Source: Octopus bimaculoides (lineage: Eukaryota). From it: 64,000 bases of DNA. The translations under genes were made by a program, and so were the position numbers. The stretch lies in contig NC_068991.1 of assembly GCF_001194135.2 (NCBI RefSeq), forward strand, positions 27,069,371 through 27,133,370, written 5' to 3'. The notes below the pieces were generated by a model, which saw only the letters and a program-made list of their open reading frames with translations, did no database searches and had not been told where the DNA came from. This document shows positions 25,301 through 37,920 of the stretch, piece after piece. Positions within the stretch are counted from its first letter, which is position 1; the number at the start of each line of letters is the position of its first letter.

Positions 25301-26345
25301 GTTTCAACTCTTCTGTTACTGTCCCAAAACCTTTCTCAGGTTAAAATTTGCATCTTGTGTTTCCAAACGCGTTCAGTTTCCAGGTACTTATTCTACTCAG
25401 ATCTTGTGCTAACGTTTTCAATTTATTTTGTAGTCTCCTTTTCCACATTTGCTCTTTTAAATCTTTCCATGAAAGATATCTAATCTTCTAGTGACTACTA
25501 CCCCCTCTTGAATAGCTTAATATATTTTTAGTATCTATCCTACTCATAACAGAATCTACTTTCCTAATAACTTATAGCAGCTTCCTTCTCTTGCTACCTT
25601 TTAATGCTGGTAATCTTTGTCTTACTTATTTACTCATTACTTCCTACAACTCATCTAAAATCTTCTGATCTTGCTCACTTAAATCACTTAATCTGCTAGC
25701 GCCAGCTGTCCCTTCCTTATTGATAGCGCTATTATAATTCTTTCCTCTAGGTTCTTTTTTGGTTTGAGCAGTATCTCTTATGTGGCTGTTTGTCTTCCCT
25801 ACTGTCTGGCTCTTCTTTTTCAGTTCTCATGTGATCTCTTCTACTCCCAATTCTGTCGTCCACTTTCTTGATCTATTTATCTCTGCTTAGTCACTTTAAA
25901 CATACCCTTTTCTAAACAACGTTTTAACATCCGTTTTCTATAGCCCCTTCTTTTAGTTTCATTTTCTAAGTAACACTGCGTTACTATTCTGGTTTCTTCG
26001 CTGGTCCAATTCCTTCTCCTTACTCTATTATATGGTGATGCTCTATTAGGATAACAGCTGTGGTCAGTCTGCATCTTTACTGAACCACTGTTGAGCGAGA
26101 GGCTTTCGGTTATTTTTGCTGTTACAATCAGAGTTTCTTCGGAAACTCCTGTCTCTCATAAACGGAGGTCATTACCAACGTCATTACCACAATTATTTTC
26201 GACACCTGATAGTTTCAAGTAACTTTCTATTTGTTGTACGTCTGTACTGGTAGGGTTGTGTATGCTGCATTTTCTTTTTGGTGGGGGGAATATTGCATTG
26301 TATCAATATGTTTTGTTATGGGGTTTGGTTTTATTTATTTATTTA
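22350..26345 (-). mobile_element. Near full-length degenerate non-LTR retrotransposon, R4/Dong-like (RT, CCHC knuckle, PD-(D/E)xK RLE endonuclease)
   Basis: N-terminus RRNWTSEE...RGYRKRM (25877-26074); RT motifs WIDFKKVYD, IFQGECCSPLLF and LNHLLLMDDLKLF (23721-24329); CRMCEKRVENVIHIVSAC and FWDLDFQTDKILEHRRPDIVI...IIEVAV...EKIDKY (22409-23014). Many stops and frameshifts; (TTA)n at both ends. Confidence 0.92.
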
Positions 26346-26352
26346 TTTATTC

Positions 26353-26404
<52 letters not shown>

Positions 26405-27494
26405 GAGCCATGTTAGTTAACGGGGATGTTGACATCAAGGTCCTTCAAATCTCGGGAATGTTTTTTTTAGGTTTCTTGCAGTATAGAAGAAAGTACTTTT
26501 CCACAAGTCGACAAATTGTTGTACTGCTCTGTGTAATTATGATTGCCTCCTATAGAAACACAACGCATAATGAATATTTTGCATAAAAATCATTTTTTCT
26601 GCTCATCATAAATTTTCTAACTTCATGTTGAGGGTTTTCCTGCTGAACCTAGTAAACATATTTTTAGCTTAAAGGCAAAGCTTTCAACGTTTATATATTT
26701 TTATCACGGTTCCCCAAGTCGCAATAATAATCGACAGTATCATCGGCCTAGTTAATTTCTATGCTACAGTATTGTTTTCAAGTTTGAAGTATGTATGCCA
26801 CTGTACTCTTTCATTCTACTTTCTTTTCATTCTTATGCCACATCGATTACGAATCATAATTTTCTTCTTGTTATCGACTGCTATAATCACTGAAATGTTG
26901 TGTTCTATCCTGCTTTCTGTTTGTCTAAGAAACTTCCGCAACATTTTCAATTTATTGTCTACTATAGCTGTTATATGTATGATGCAAAGTAGTTACTGCA
27001 TTTTTTGCGCTGTCAACATTGACTTTCATGCAAACATTTCAGTGAATAATTGCAGCAATCTCGTTGATTATTCTTATTGCTGTTGATTTTTTGGTTTGTT
27101 TGCTTGTTTGTTTTTTTTTTTTTACCTTAATATACATTTTACTTGTATCTATGTTTCTTATCATTTTGCGATTGTTAATGACTGAAATTATTTATTTCAT
27201 TTTCTGAGTTTTAAGTCACTCACCGGAAGATACTTGTCAAGAAAGTTTTAAAAATATACTGCTAAGCAAGCAAATAGAAGATGTGAATGGATATGGCGGT
27301 CACGCTCTGAAACTCTGTGTACATGCCTATGTACACATATACTGTATATCGCTATATGCATTGTACATACGCCTGTATGGTATGCATACACATGCTCAAA
27401 TCATTAAATAACAGTTTTCTCTCAAAGTACAAATCTTCATAAACCAGACACCATGAGCCATCAGTTCCACATGGCAAGTTATAAACTCATATTT

Positions 27495-27559
<65 letters not shown>

Positions 27560-28094
27560 NNNNNNNNNNNNNNNNNNNNNNNNNNNNNNNNNNNNNNNNN
27601 NNNNNNNNNNNNNNNNNNNNNNNNNNNNNNNNNNNNNNNNNNNNNNNNNNNNNNNNNNNNNNNNNNNNNNNNNNNNNNNNNNNNNNNNNNNNNNNNNNNN
27701 NNNNNNNNNNNNNNNNNNNNNNNNNNNNNNNNNNNNNNNNNNNNNNNNNNNNNNNNNNNNNNNNNNNNNNNNNNNNNNNNNNNNNNNNNNNNNNNNNNNN
27801 NNNNNNNNNNNNNNNNNNNNNNNNNNNNNNNNNNNNNNNNNNNNNNNNNNNNNNNNNNNNNNNNNNNNNNNNNNNNNNNNNNNNNNNNNNNNNNNNNNNN
27901 NNNNNNNNNNNNNNNNNNNNNNNNNNNNNNNNNNNNNNNNNNNNNNNNNNNNNNNNNNNNNNNNNNNNNNNNNNNNNNNNNNNNNNNNNNNNNNNNNNNN
28001 NNNNNNNNNNNNNNNTATATATATACATACATACATACATACATACATACATACATACATACATTTATACATATATACATACATACATACATAG

Positions 28095-28290
28095 ATACAT
28101 ACATACATATATATGTGTATATTCCGCTTCACAGCCGGTGTTGGTGTGTTTACGTTCCTGCAACGTAGTAGTTCTGCAAAAGAAACGGCAGAGTGAGTAC
28201 CTGGCTTCAAGAAATTAAGCATTGTGGTCGAATCGAAAAAATATTCAAGAGGGCTTCCCAATATGGCCGCAATTTAATGAGTGAATCAAA
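28095..28290 (+). mobile_element. Family B SINE 3' half after (TACA)n
   Basis: cagccggtgttggtgtgtttacgttcc...gcagagtgagtacctggctt...ggcttcccaatatggccgcaatttaatgagtgaatcaa. Confidence 0.55.
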
Positions 28291-29090
28291 CATAGATAAA
28301 AGGTGTGTATATATATGTGCGTACGTGTGTGTATATATGTGTGTATATGTTTGTGTATATGTGTGTGTGTGTATGTGTGTGTGTGTATGTGTGTGTGTAT
28401 ACATATTGATAGATCGATAGCTACAGATTTAAGTATAGTCAGATGCATACGTATATAAGTATATATGTAAATTTGCAAGTATCAACTTATGTACATACAC
28501 ATACAAACACATTTACACAGATACATATATATATACGTGCGCACATACATACATGCATACATATAGATACATACTTACATACATGCATGGTAGGCAGCCT
28601 CAAGTCATCAACTCTGTTAATATAAAATCTTTATAAATATCAGAAGCTATATTCCATCCACTAAACCATCAGTTCCACATGACAAGTTGCGACCTCTCCT
28701 TGCTCTGAATTTACTGAATGTTTGTTTATACTGATATTTTCTGATACTTTTCTTATCAAATCTTCATATAATAACCAATTTTATAGCGTTTAGGTTTGTT
28801 CTGTTTCTGGTTTTCTTTTCTTCTTTATGCCGGTGCGGACAAAGCCATAAATATAGATTTTCTTGTCTTGGTGGCATTTCTGATCCTTCACAGGGCTTCA
28901 GCGACAGGTACGAGGAAGTGAAGTAGTTATATTTAAACTGGAAATATGGGCAGAATGCTTGCAAGAGGGTGAGATCTACTAACGATATCCGATGTACCAG
29001 GTGGTAAGATTAAAACGGAAGAGTGATCAAGTCCGCCAATTATGTAGACCATGATCGGATTTCAACTCCGAACGGATCAAATACTATATG

Positions 29091-29882
29091 TACGAGTGTG
29101 TACCCAAAATTAACTGGAAACGTTCTCTCGAGGTCAAGCATGTTGTAATTCGGGTTTCCGCTGCTACTAGCCACTTCATGTGACACCTAGACACCAGTCT
29201 GCCGACCGGCAGGTGGTGGGTGCTTCTTTGCTTTGTAGTACCTCTCCCCTGTTCGTCGATTTTTGCGATGGCTGAAGCGAAGTAACAGCGTACTTCCGTG
29301 AAATTCAGTTTTCTGTCCTTAAAAATGGCGGCCGAAACAGCTGTCGTGATTCAAACAGCTTACGACCTCGTTCAGGGCGACTGTCGACCTCCCGAACGAT
29401 AGAAAACATCAAGAAAATTGATGAGCTGATCCTGGAGTATCGTCACCGAGCAATTGAGAAACTTGTTGATATGACTGGTTTGTCCTGAAGCTCCTGCAAA
29501 CGCATTTTGAGGGAGGAATCGCGAATGAAAAAATTTGCAGCACAATTTGTGTCTCCCTGACTCACAACTGAATGCATGTCGTGAACTGAAAGAACAGTTG
29601 GAAGTTGATCCGGATCTTTTTTCGAAGATCATCACTGGTGATGAAAGCTGCTGCTACAGAATTTTGAAATGTGGAAGAGGTGAATAAAAAAACCATGGAG
29701 GCATTAAATGGCATCATTTCGCAAGAGTTTCATCACTGATTCGTGAACAGTGAAAAATGTGTCTGGACTGACGCATTGCTTCAAATGGAGAATAATTTGA
29801 AGGCGATAAAAGTGTAAAAATGTAAAATTAAATTAATAAAATAACATCGCAAAATTCCGCTTTCTTTTGGGTAACCCTCATA
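29091..29882 (+). mobile_element. Internally deleted mariner element
   Basis: TIRs tacgagtgtgtacccaaaattaactggaa and RC tatgagggttacccaaaagaaagcggaa; transposase remnant RPSTSRTIENIKKIDELILEYRHRAIEKLVDMTG...EVDPDLFSKIITGDESC. Confidence 0.85.
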
Positions 29883-30169
29883 TCTGCTTCCACTCTCCAA
29901 CGATTGCCTTAATCTTGTATCCTCATTTGGTACTAATGTATAGCACCCGAAAGAAGGAAAAGTAAAGACTCACCAGGATTTAAATTCAGAGCAGAGAAAT
30001 GTATCCTTCCTCTTGAAGATGGCATGGTAGGATTCGAGGTATCTTTCACAGTTATTTTTACCAAGCACATCAACCGTATCAGCGGTCATAGAGACAGGTT
30101 TCTTTTTCCGTTCGATGGAATATAAAAGAACGATTAGTGTTGTCATTGTTTATACTGGGCGTGTGTTGC

Positions 30170-30305
30170 TTACTACATTGGGTACAAAGTCAGCGATTCT
30201 TGGAGTCTAGTCGACATCACCAACCTCAGTAATTAATTGGTATTTATTTTATTGTCCCCAAAATGCTGAAGGGAAGATGTTCACGATAGAATTTGAAATC
30301 AGAAT
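30170..30305 (-). mobile_element. Degenerate family A SINE fragment
   Basis: agtcgacatcaccaacctcagtaattaattggtatttattttattgtccccaaaatgctgaaggg...gaatttgaaatcagaa. Confidence 0.5.
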
Positions 30306-31587
30306 ATATATATATATATATATATAGCCAGAATTTATGGTCTACATAAATTACAATATGTCTAAATACCTACCATGAGTAAATATTGAGAAGGGCTATG
30401 TAACACAATGGTAAAGAAAAGGTGGTAACTGTTTATGTTAGTATATTTAAATATAGGGTTCGAATGATTTATTAAAAATTTCCCCCAAATATGGGAGTGG
30501 AATAAATTTCTTCAAAGTTTGCTCAGTATTAAAATCAAATTTAATGCGTCTTTGGATACCGCAGAGGAAAATTTAGAGAGTGATGCTGGCCGATCTAACT
30601 TGCCATAGTCACGCTAGCCTGATAAGTGTCTAAATAACACCCCTTTAATGAAAAAGAAAATTAACAGAAAGATACAAACTTCTTTTAATAGTATTACGTT
30701 CGAAATATTAAGTGATAAGTGATATTTCTAGGCAGGCATATATATATGCATACATGAATCTATGAATATTTGTGAGAAAGTCATATTTATCTTAATGTAT
30801 AGTGCAAACATATGCGAGAGCCTTTCAATATATGTATGCCTCTTTCATTTTGAAGCTGAGTATTTTAACTCTGATAATTGAATTACCAACTCACTGGAAT
30901 ACAGTACAACTGGCTGAGTATTCCACGGTTACCCCTAACGTTAACATAATTCTCATTTACAACAATCAACTTTGCGTTTACATGTAACAGGCCTGTCCCT
31001 TTTCCATGCATGGATACATTATATCTGATGGACATCAACACTGTTTCTCTGTTAGATTATCGGTTTACTGGGGTCTACGGTAGAAAATATTTGCCCATTA
31101 TCAACCCACACATGACTTCAGTTCTTACATTTTCACAAATCATCAAAATTCAGAGTTTGTAACATCGAAGTCGTTATTTGTGTTTTGCATAAACAAAAAG
31201 CGTCAATTTTCAAAAGGGACCTATTGGAAACCGAGTTGCAGCTAGCATAGACATTTTATTATATGTTATCAAATATATGAGAAAATTTCAAATAGAATGA
31301 CAAGACATCCCATTTTTAACTCCGAAAGAAAAACTCTGAACGGAATATTAAATTTTCCTTTACACTTTCTGCAAACCTATTATTTTACGTCAGAACATAA
31401 ATAGTCGGCTTTAGTTAAAATTCGAATGATTTTTATATAAAATTCTATACTAATAAATCATATTTTCATGAGATTATAATTTTCAGTCGGTTCGTTCGAA
31501 CAAAGCAGGCTAATGTAAAAGACATTTCATAATGAACTATTTACTCAACAAATGATGCGGCGTCACAATGTTAGAGACTTAACAATA

Positions 31588-32042
31588 CTTTAGTTAATGC
31601 AGTTGCAACTGTTTCGTATTTAGAAACACACCAGTCAATGTTGACAATGTTAGTTATTTAAACAGTAGTTATCTTTAAGTAGTTAGCAATTACATTTAGT
31701 ATAATTAGTTTATTGTAGAATTAGTGAAACAGCTAATCTAATAATTACTTGCGAGATTAACGCAGCATTAGCGTGCTTTGCAAGAATGGAATATGCTACT
31801 TGTTGTCTGAATATATAAATTTATAGGTTATAAAAGCTGACTGTATTAATTACTGTGTTAATAATCTTACAACAACCAATAATTAGATTTGCCGTTCCAC
31901 TAAGTCTGCAACAAGGAAGAAGTAATTATACTAAATGTAATTGCCAGTGACTAAAATATAACTACTCTTTAAGTGACTAAGTTTGTAAGCTTTGGCTGTT
32001 GCACTTGTAACTACGAAGTAGTTACAGATGCATTAACTAAAG
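31588..32042. mobile_element. Foldback/MITE with long imperfect inverted arms
   Basis: Perfect inverted 14-mer ctttagttaatgca (31588) / tgcattaactaaag (32029) and perfect inverted 22-mer at 31686-31707 / 31923-31944. Confidence 0.7.
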
Positions 32043-32208
32043 CATCATTACACATCCGTTCGATCATTTTGAACATTAAAGTAACTAAAGTTCACATCAT
32101 CACATTATACACTAAATAAAATTTGGCACTCTCTCCCGTCTATTGTTCAAGCGATAATGTAGGAGATAATGTGCCAATGCATATACGGCCGTAACTCCCA
32201 TGACCACG

Positions 32209-32254
<46 letters not shown>

Positions 32255-32316
32255 ATTTATCAGCGGCAGTGTATACCTGAATTCAAATATGTACTTAGAA
32301 ATACATGTTAGCTTAC

Positions 32317-33588
32317 AATTCTGCATATAAATGTCTCCTGCGGAGTTGAATCCATTTCAGAAATGGTATTGAGGCTTGTTCAATATCTTCTAATTCAATA
32401 ACCATGACACAATATGAATTACAACACAGCAATATTTCCGTACAATAAAACCCAAATACAATCTCAGCATGATTCCAAAAGATTTCTTTCTGAGTAATAT
32501 AATACCAATCTATAAGATTGCCACATTTGTAATGTACAAGGGCGATGTTACTGGGGATTATATTAATCTCTATACTTCGTTATTAATTATTTCATTCACT
32601 CGACAGTGGAAAAGACATATAAACACAATGTGTTAAGTTCCATGAAGTTGCCCAACACTGTAATAATAATTCTACAACAATGAGGTAGACTCTAGGCATT
32701 TGTCATATTTCTTCTACAAGTATCAGCTAAATTTGAAAATGCGTCCCACTTTTCGAAAATATAGACACGATGGTCTCATCTGAAATAATTTTGATCATCG
32801 GTTTGATTGAACAGAACACATCAGGAGAAAAAAAAATCTATAGAAGTGAAAGTGTTAGTAATTTAATAACAATAAATAAACAGAACTTACAAAGCGGTGC
32901 ATATTGGTATGTGTTGCGCAGAGATTCAACTACACTATCAATTTTGAGAATATCTTGAAATTATACAATCAATGATACCTTTCAGTATCCAAATTCATTG
33001 TCAAATTATTGTTCAGAAGCACTTGTCTATCTAGAAATTATTGTTACAGATTGACTATGAAAATATGTAGAAATATTACGAAACGTAACTTCGTAAAACG
33101 ACTTGTTTACAATATTAAAATAAAATCAAATGTATAGAAAGAAACTAATTAAACCGATGACATGACAATATCCTGAATGTGTGATTTCAAACAATGTTTT
33201 ATAGAAAAACCGATCAATAAAACCAATCGCCGCTATTTTTCTTCTAAGATATTAGTAAATCTCTAAATTTGATACATGGATAACTTTTTGCAGCAAACTT
33301 TATATTACAATCCAGTTTTCTATCAGTTAACTTATCAAAAAAAGCACATTGGCAGAGAAGTTTCATACTGAAATAATTTGTACATTAAGCATTGTTTACG
33401 TTGCCAAGGATAATCAATTTAAATATTCTGTTAATAATCTGTTTTACTTCTTTAAGAATTCACCAAACATCGCTGAATTTAGGAAAACAAAGTTAATACT
33501 TCAAAAACGTATCTTAAAATGACTAATAGTTTGCGATGTTGCCAATATTTAGAGACACCTACCAGAATATCCACATCTAACATTGAAT
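32317..33588 (-). CDS. Speculative phase-compatible chain of five small exons; unidentified product
   Basis: AG...GT-bounded segments 33563-33588, 33448-33472, 33309-33367, 32891-32953 and 32317-32509 join into a stop-free 122-codon frame. I recognise no homology, and it may be chance. Confidence 0.18.
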
Positions 33589-33988
33589 CTGAAAATGTGA
33601 AAAATATTATATTATTCGCTTCTGATGAGTTTAAGACGATTAGTTTTAGGAAAATGTTGTTTGCCGATATCGTACTCCCGCGTTTGCCGAAAATGTTTTT
33701 CATTCTCACCGAGATGGTGGAATGAAATGGGTCACTAATTATACGACACATATTTCAATACCTTTATACACACACACACGCATAACTTTAAAACGTTCAC
33801 CGTATGTATGCATGTATGTATGCATGATATATATATATATATANNNNNNNNNNNNNNNNNNNNNNNNNNNNNNNNNNNNNNNNNNNNNNNNNNNNNNNNN
33901 NNNNNNNNNNNNNNNNNNNNNNNNNNNNNNNNNNNNNNNNNNNNNNNNNNNNNNNNNNNNNNNNNNNNNNNNNNNNNNNNNNNNNNNN

Positions 33989-34082
33989 ATTTTCAAGAAC
34001 TCATCGATGAAAATCCACTATCACATATAGAAAAACTTTTCTATATGTGATAGTGGATTTTCATCGATGAGTTCTTGAAAAT
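33989..34082. repeat. Perfect 46-bp inverted repeat with 2-nt spacer
   Basis: 33989-34034 is the exact reverse complement of 34037-34082. Confidence 0.95.
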
Positions 34083-34099
34083 TGGTTATTTTCCCTAAA

Positions 34100-34125
34100 A
34101 CTATATATATTTTATATATACTTTA

Positions 34126-34162
<37 letters not shown>

Positions 34163-35250
34163 GTTATAAGATCATAAATCAGAAAAGACCATACCCTATA
34201 AAAAATAGACCACTTGTTTATTTTCCTATGTGTAAAGTAGCAGTTTTAGGAAAAAGCTATTGGCTCCATAGCTATCGTGAACTAGGCATGTCTTCAGTTT
34301 CTCTAAACCATAACTACTCTCTGCAAAGAATGCTTTTTGTTACAAAACCACAAGAACGCCGGTGATAGTTGAAGAAATATTCGTCTTAAAAAATTAGGGC
34401 CGGACGAGTTGTCTTCCTTCGCTTGATAGCTAGGTTTTCCGATTTTGAAGCAAAAATCTCCGAACATGTGGATCTTCCGTCCTGGAGATCAGGTAGCCTC
34501 CTGGCTCACGTGAGTTCATAAGCATCATATATTTTTCTGCATTACAAAATTTACATACTCTTGTTTCATTTCGATAGGGTCCACAAGTTTCTAGTAATTT
34601 CTACCTGATGTTAAAGGGCATATGATCGTCTTTTTGGCGCCATAAGTATGCTGCGCATGTCGTTGTGATGCGTCTCTCCGGTACCCTGAAAGAAGATCTG
34701 TGGTTGTAAATTGTAAATTTATATTCACAAGATCCGACACAAATTTTAGTGTGTGTCCCTGTGTTTGCATTGTGTTACTGATATTTGTGCTGCTCCTGTT
34801 TGAGGATACATTTACTTGGTAGACTATAGCCTCGGTGTTACACCGGCCGAACACTGGGCATTCATTTCTAATCCGGCGTGAACAACCTGCCTCTGGCCGT
34901 GATTTAAAAGTACTAAGTAATTTTTTCTTAACATTAGGTGCACAACTGAAAGAGATCCTTAAATTATATCTGTTAAAGATCTTTCTATATTTGTGTGATC
35001 ACGTGAAATGCTTGTCCAACAATCTAAGAAAAATTTTACCAAGGGCATGTCCGGACGTTTATGGAGAAGGGGAAAGCGAACCATAATAGAGCCGCTGGGT
35101 CGAAAATATCTTTATTTGAAGATAATTTCGCAATTGCTGAATTTTCTTTAGAACAATCTTTTCTTAGTGGTCAGACAATATGGGGTCTACACCTAGCATA
35201 TTGGATGTCCACTTAGTGGTCATCCCTCTAATATGTATGTAATATAATTT
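34100..35250 (-). mobile_element. Second Penelope-like remnant (linker plus GIY-YIG)
   Basis: RC frames give LSSNKDIFDPAA; PFSINVRTCLGKIFLRLLDKHF...KIFNRYNLRISFSCAPNVK; GCSRRIRNECPVFGRCNTEAIVYQV; ICVGSCEYKFTIYNHRSSFRVPERR; LETCGPYRNETRVCKFCNAEK, with the stop at 34430-34432. Confidence 0.85.
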
Positions 35251-36308
35251 TTCTGAATCTTCAGATTTTTCAATATGCTAGGCCATTGGTTTAAATTGAT
35301 ATTAGTCAAATTAGTATTCAATTTTTTTACCCTTATTATTTAAATTTAAATAGCCATGTTCTCTAACCGGCAGAATTCACTGCAGAAAATAATTTTCTGC
35401 AAAATTATTTCCGGCTTTTTGGCGCGCCAAAACTAAAACTTTTGCAATATACCCGGAAATATAATTGGCAAAAATATATGCATGTTCAACCAAGTGTGGA
35501 CGACTCGTGTATAGTTCTGCAAATTATATTTTGCTATGAAGGTCACACTGATGAATTTCGGACATTTACGTATGTAATATGTAAGTGTAACAATGNNNNN
35601 NNNNNNNNNNNNNNNNNNNNNNNNNNNNNNNNNNNNNNNNNNNNNNNNNNNNNNNNNNNNNNNNNNNNNNNNNNNNNNNNNNNNNNNNNNNNNNNNNNNN
35701 NNNNNNNNNNNNNNNNNNNNNNNNNNNNNNNNNNNNNNNNNNNNNNNNNNNNNNNNNNNNNNNNNNNNNNNNNNNNNNNNNNNNNNNNNNNNNNNNNNNN
35801 NNNNNNNNNNNNNNNNNNNNNNNNNNNNNNNNNNNNNNNNNNNNNNNNNNNNNNNNNNNNNNNNNNNNNNNNNNNNNNNNNNNNNNNNNNNNNNNNNNNN
35901 NNNNNNNNNNNNNNNNNNNNNNNNNNNNNNNNNNNNNNNNNNNNNNNNNNNNNNNNNNNNNNNNNNNNNNNNNNNNNNNNNNNNNNNNNNNNNNNNNNNN
36001 NNNNNNNNNNNNNNNNNNNNNNNNNNNNNNNNNNNNNNNNNNNNNNNNNNNNNNNNNNNNNNNNNNNNNNNNNNNNNNNNNNNNNNNNNNNNNNNNNNNN
36101 NNNNNNNNNNNNNNNNNNNNNNNNNNNNNNNNNNNNNNNNNNNNNNNNNNNNNNNNNNNNNNNNNNNNNNNNNNNNNNNNNNNNNNNNNNNNNNNNNNNN
36201 NNNNNNNNNNNNNNNNNNNTATACAAAAACTCAACTGTGAGTTTTTTGCTAAGATTGTTAACAGATACTATATTTTTTACCAAATTTTTGTTTAAAATAT
36301 ATATATTT

Positions 36309-36352
<44 letters not shown>

Positions 36353-37744
36353 GTTTGACGTTCTGCTCTTTGCATTCCTACCTGAATTAACTTGCTTAAG
36401 TTCAAGAAGCTCATTCCATGTCATCAGTCACAGTGATCAGAGAGTTCCGGCATGTGACATGGGCAATTCCTCCTCTTTCATGATCATCATGAATAAAAAC
36501 ATATTCATGTACACTTTTCAAGCATAGAAAAAACATTTGTTTTCTATGTCACATGCAGTTATTAGATGTAAAAAGATTTCTGGTTTTTTTTTTACGATAT
36601 TGCTTTCCAGTTAGAACAACCAAGGAGCGATTGTTGGATACTATTTAGGAAGCAATCATATTATTCGCCCTTACATTAGGTTTTAATGTCTAAGATATGA
36701 TGATTTATACTATGACATATAATGTGGTAAAGTTGTTAACTTAAAATCGTATGACAAACATAAACTTCAACATCTTACCTGCTTTTTCTAAACTACTTGT
36801 AGTTTGATTATAGGATGGAAGGTAATCCTTGCTGTTCCATTTTTACGGAACTCGGTAAAGAATATTAATTTGATATTACGAAATTATATGACTGCATTAT
36901 CTCGAAAGATATTGCATTAAGAATCAGTAAAGTAATGATCAAAGATACTTTTGTGAAATATGTTCCAACTAATATTGCAGAGATATAATCTTGTATTTAT
37001 TTTCTGTGTATTATACGCGATCTGAAAAATAATCAATTCCTAAAATTTCGCTTGATGAAACAAGACTCGTCTTTAGGGGACCTGGCAATATCACTTTCAG
37101 GCTACATGTTAAGAGGGCAGCGAATGAATTTTATGGTTGGGTGAATAAAGCATTACATTTAGAGTGCATTAGATGAGGAAAATATTTGCATTGATATAGC
37201 TCTGAGAATATTTCGGCATAGAATTTCAGAAGGCATATTATATTTGCGAAAGGAAATACCATACAAATGCTCTCTACTTTCTGTTTTCCTTTACAATCGA
37301 TAAGGATATTGCAGGTGTTCAAAACAAATCTGCATTATTCTAATGACATATACAAGGACGCCTAATTCTATACATTGTCTCATTGTAAATCTTTGAGACT
37401 ATATTTTCTGAAGATAGGATATTTTTTGAGGAATATTTGGTTGCAATTTCCAGCAAGTGAAGCAACCACATAGAAGCTCCTTTGCTGGACATTGAGAACA
37501 GTCAATATACATTTGCATCAACTTTCATGAAGGAAAATATTGGTAGGCAACGTTGCAGTATGCTGACAAGGCCATTTTCTCGACTGCCAAAATCAAATCT
37601 TTCTCTCTCTTTCTCCCTCTCCCCCCTCTCTCTCTATTTCTCTCATACTCACACGATCGCACCTCATGATTCGTTTCTTTCAAAGTGTTTGCTGATGTAA
37701 GAGGTTTTGTATTTTAGAGGGATGCTTTGTCTAAGACGCAATGT

Positions 37745-37920
37745 ACTGTAGGGTTAGCCTTGTCCCATTTTGAATCATGCTGAATAATTCTGAGAACTAC
37801 GTTAAGGATACGCACGCCTGTTAGAGTGTTCAACCAGTTGCACATTAATTTTTACGAGCAGGTTGTTCCACTGATCGGACCAACTGGAACAATTGCCATC
37901 GTAACGGACGTAGGGCCAGT
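37745..37920 (+). mobile_element. Degenerate 3' half of family C SINE
   Basis: gagaactacgttaaggatacgc...ttgcacattaatttttacgagcaggttgttccactgatcgg matches 46690-46850. Confidence 0.75.

Noticed and set aside
36380-36530. Minus-strand peptide YVFIHDDHERGGIAHVTCR, loosely like the Polinton polB RGG motif
   Set aside because: The match is short and single, with no other polB motifs nearby.
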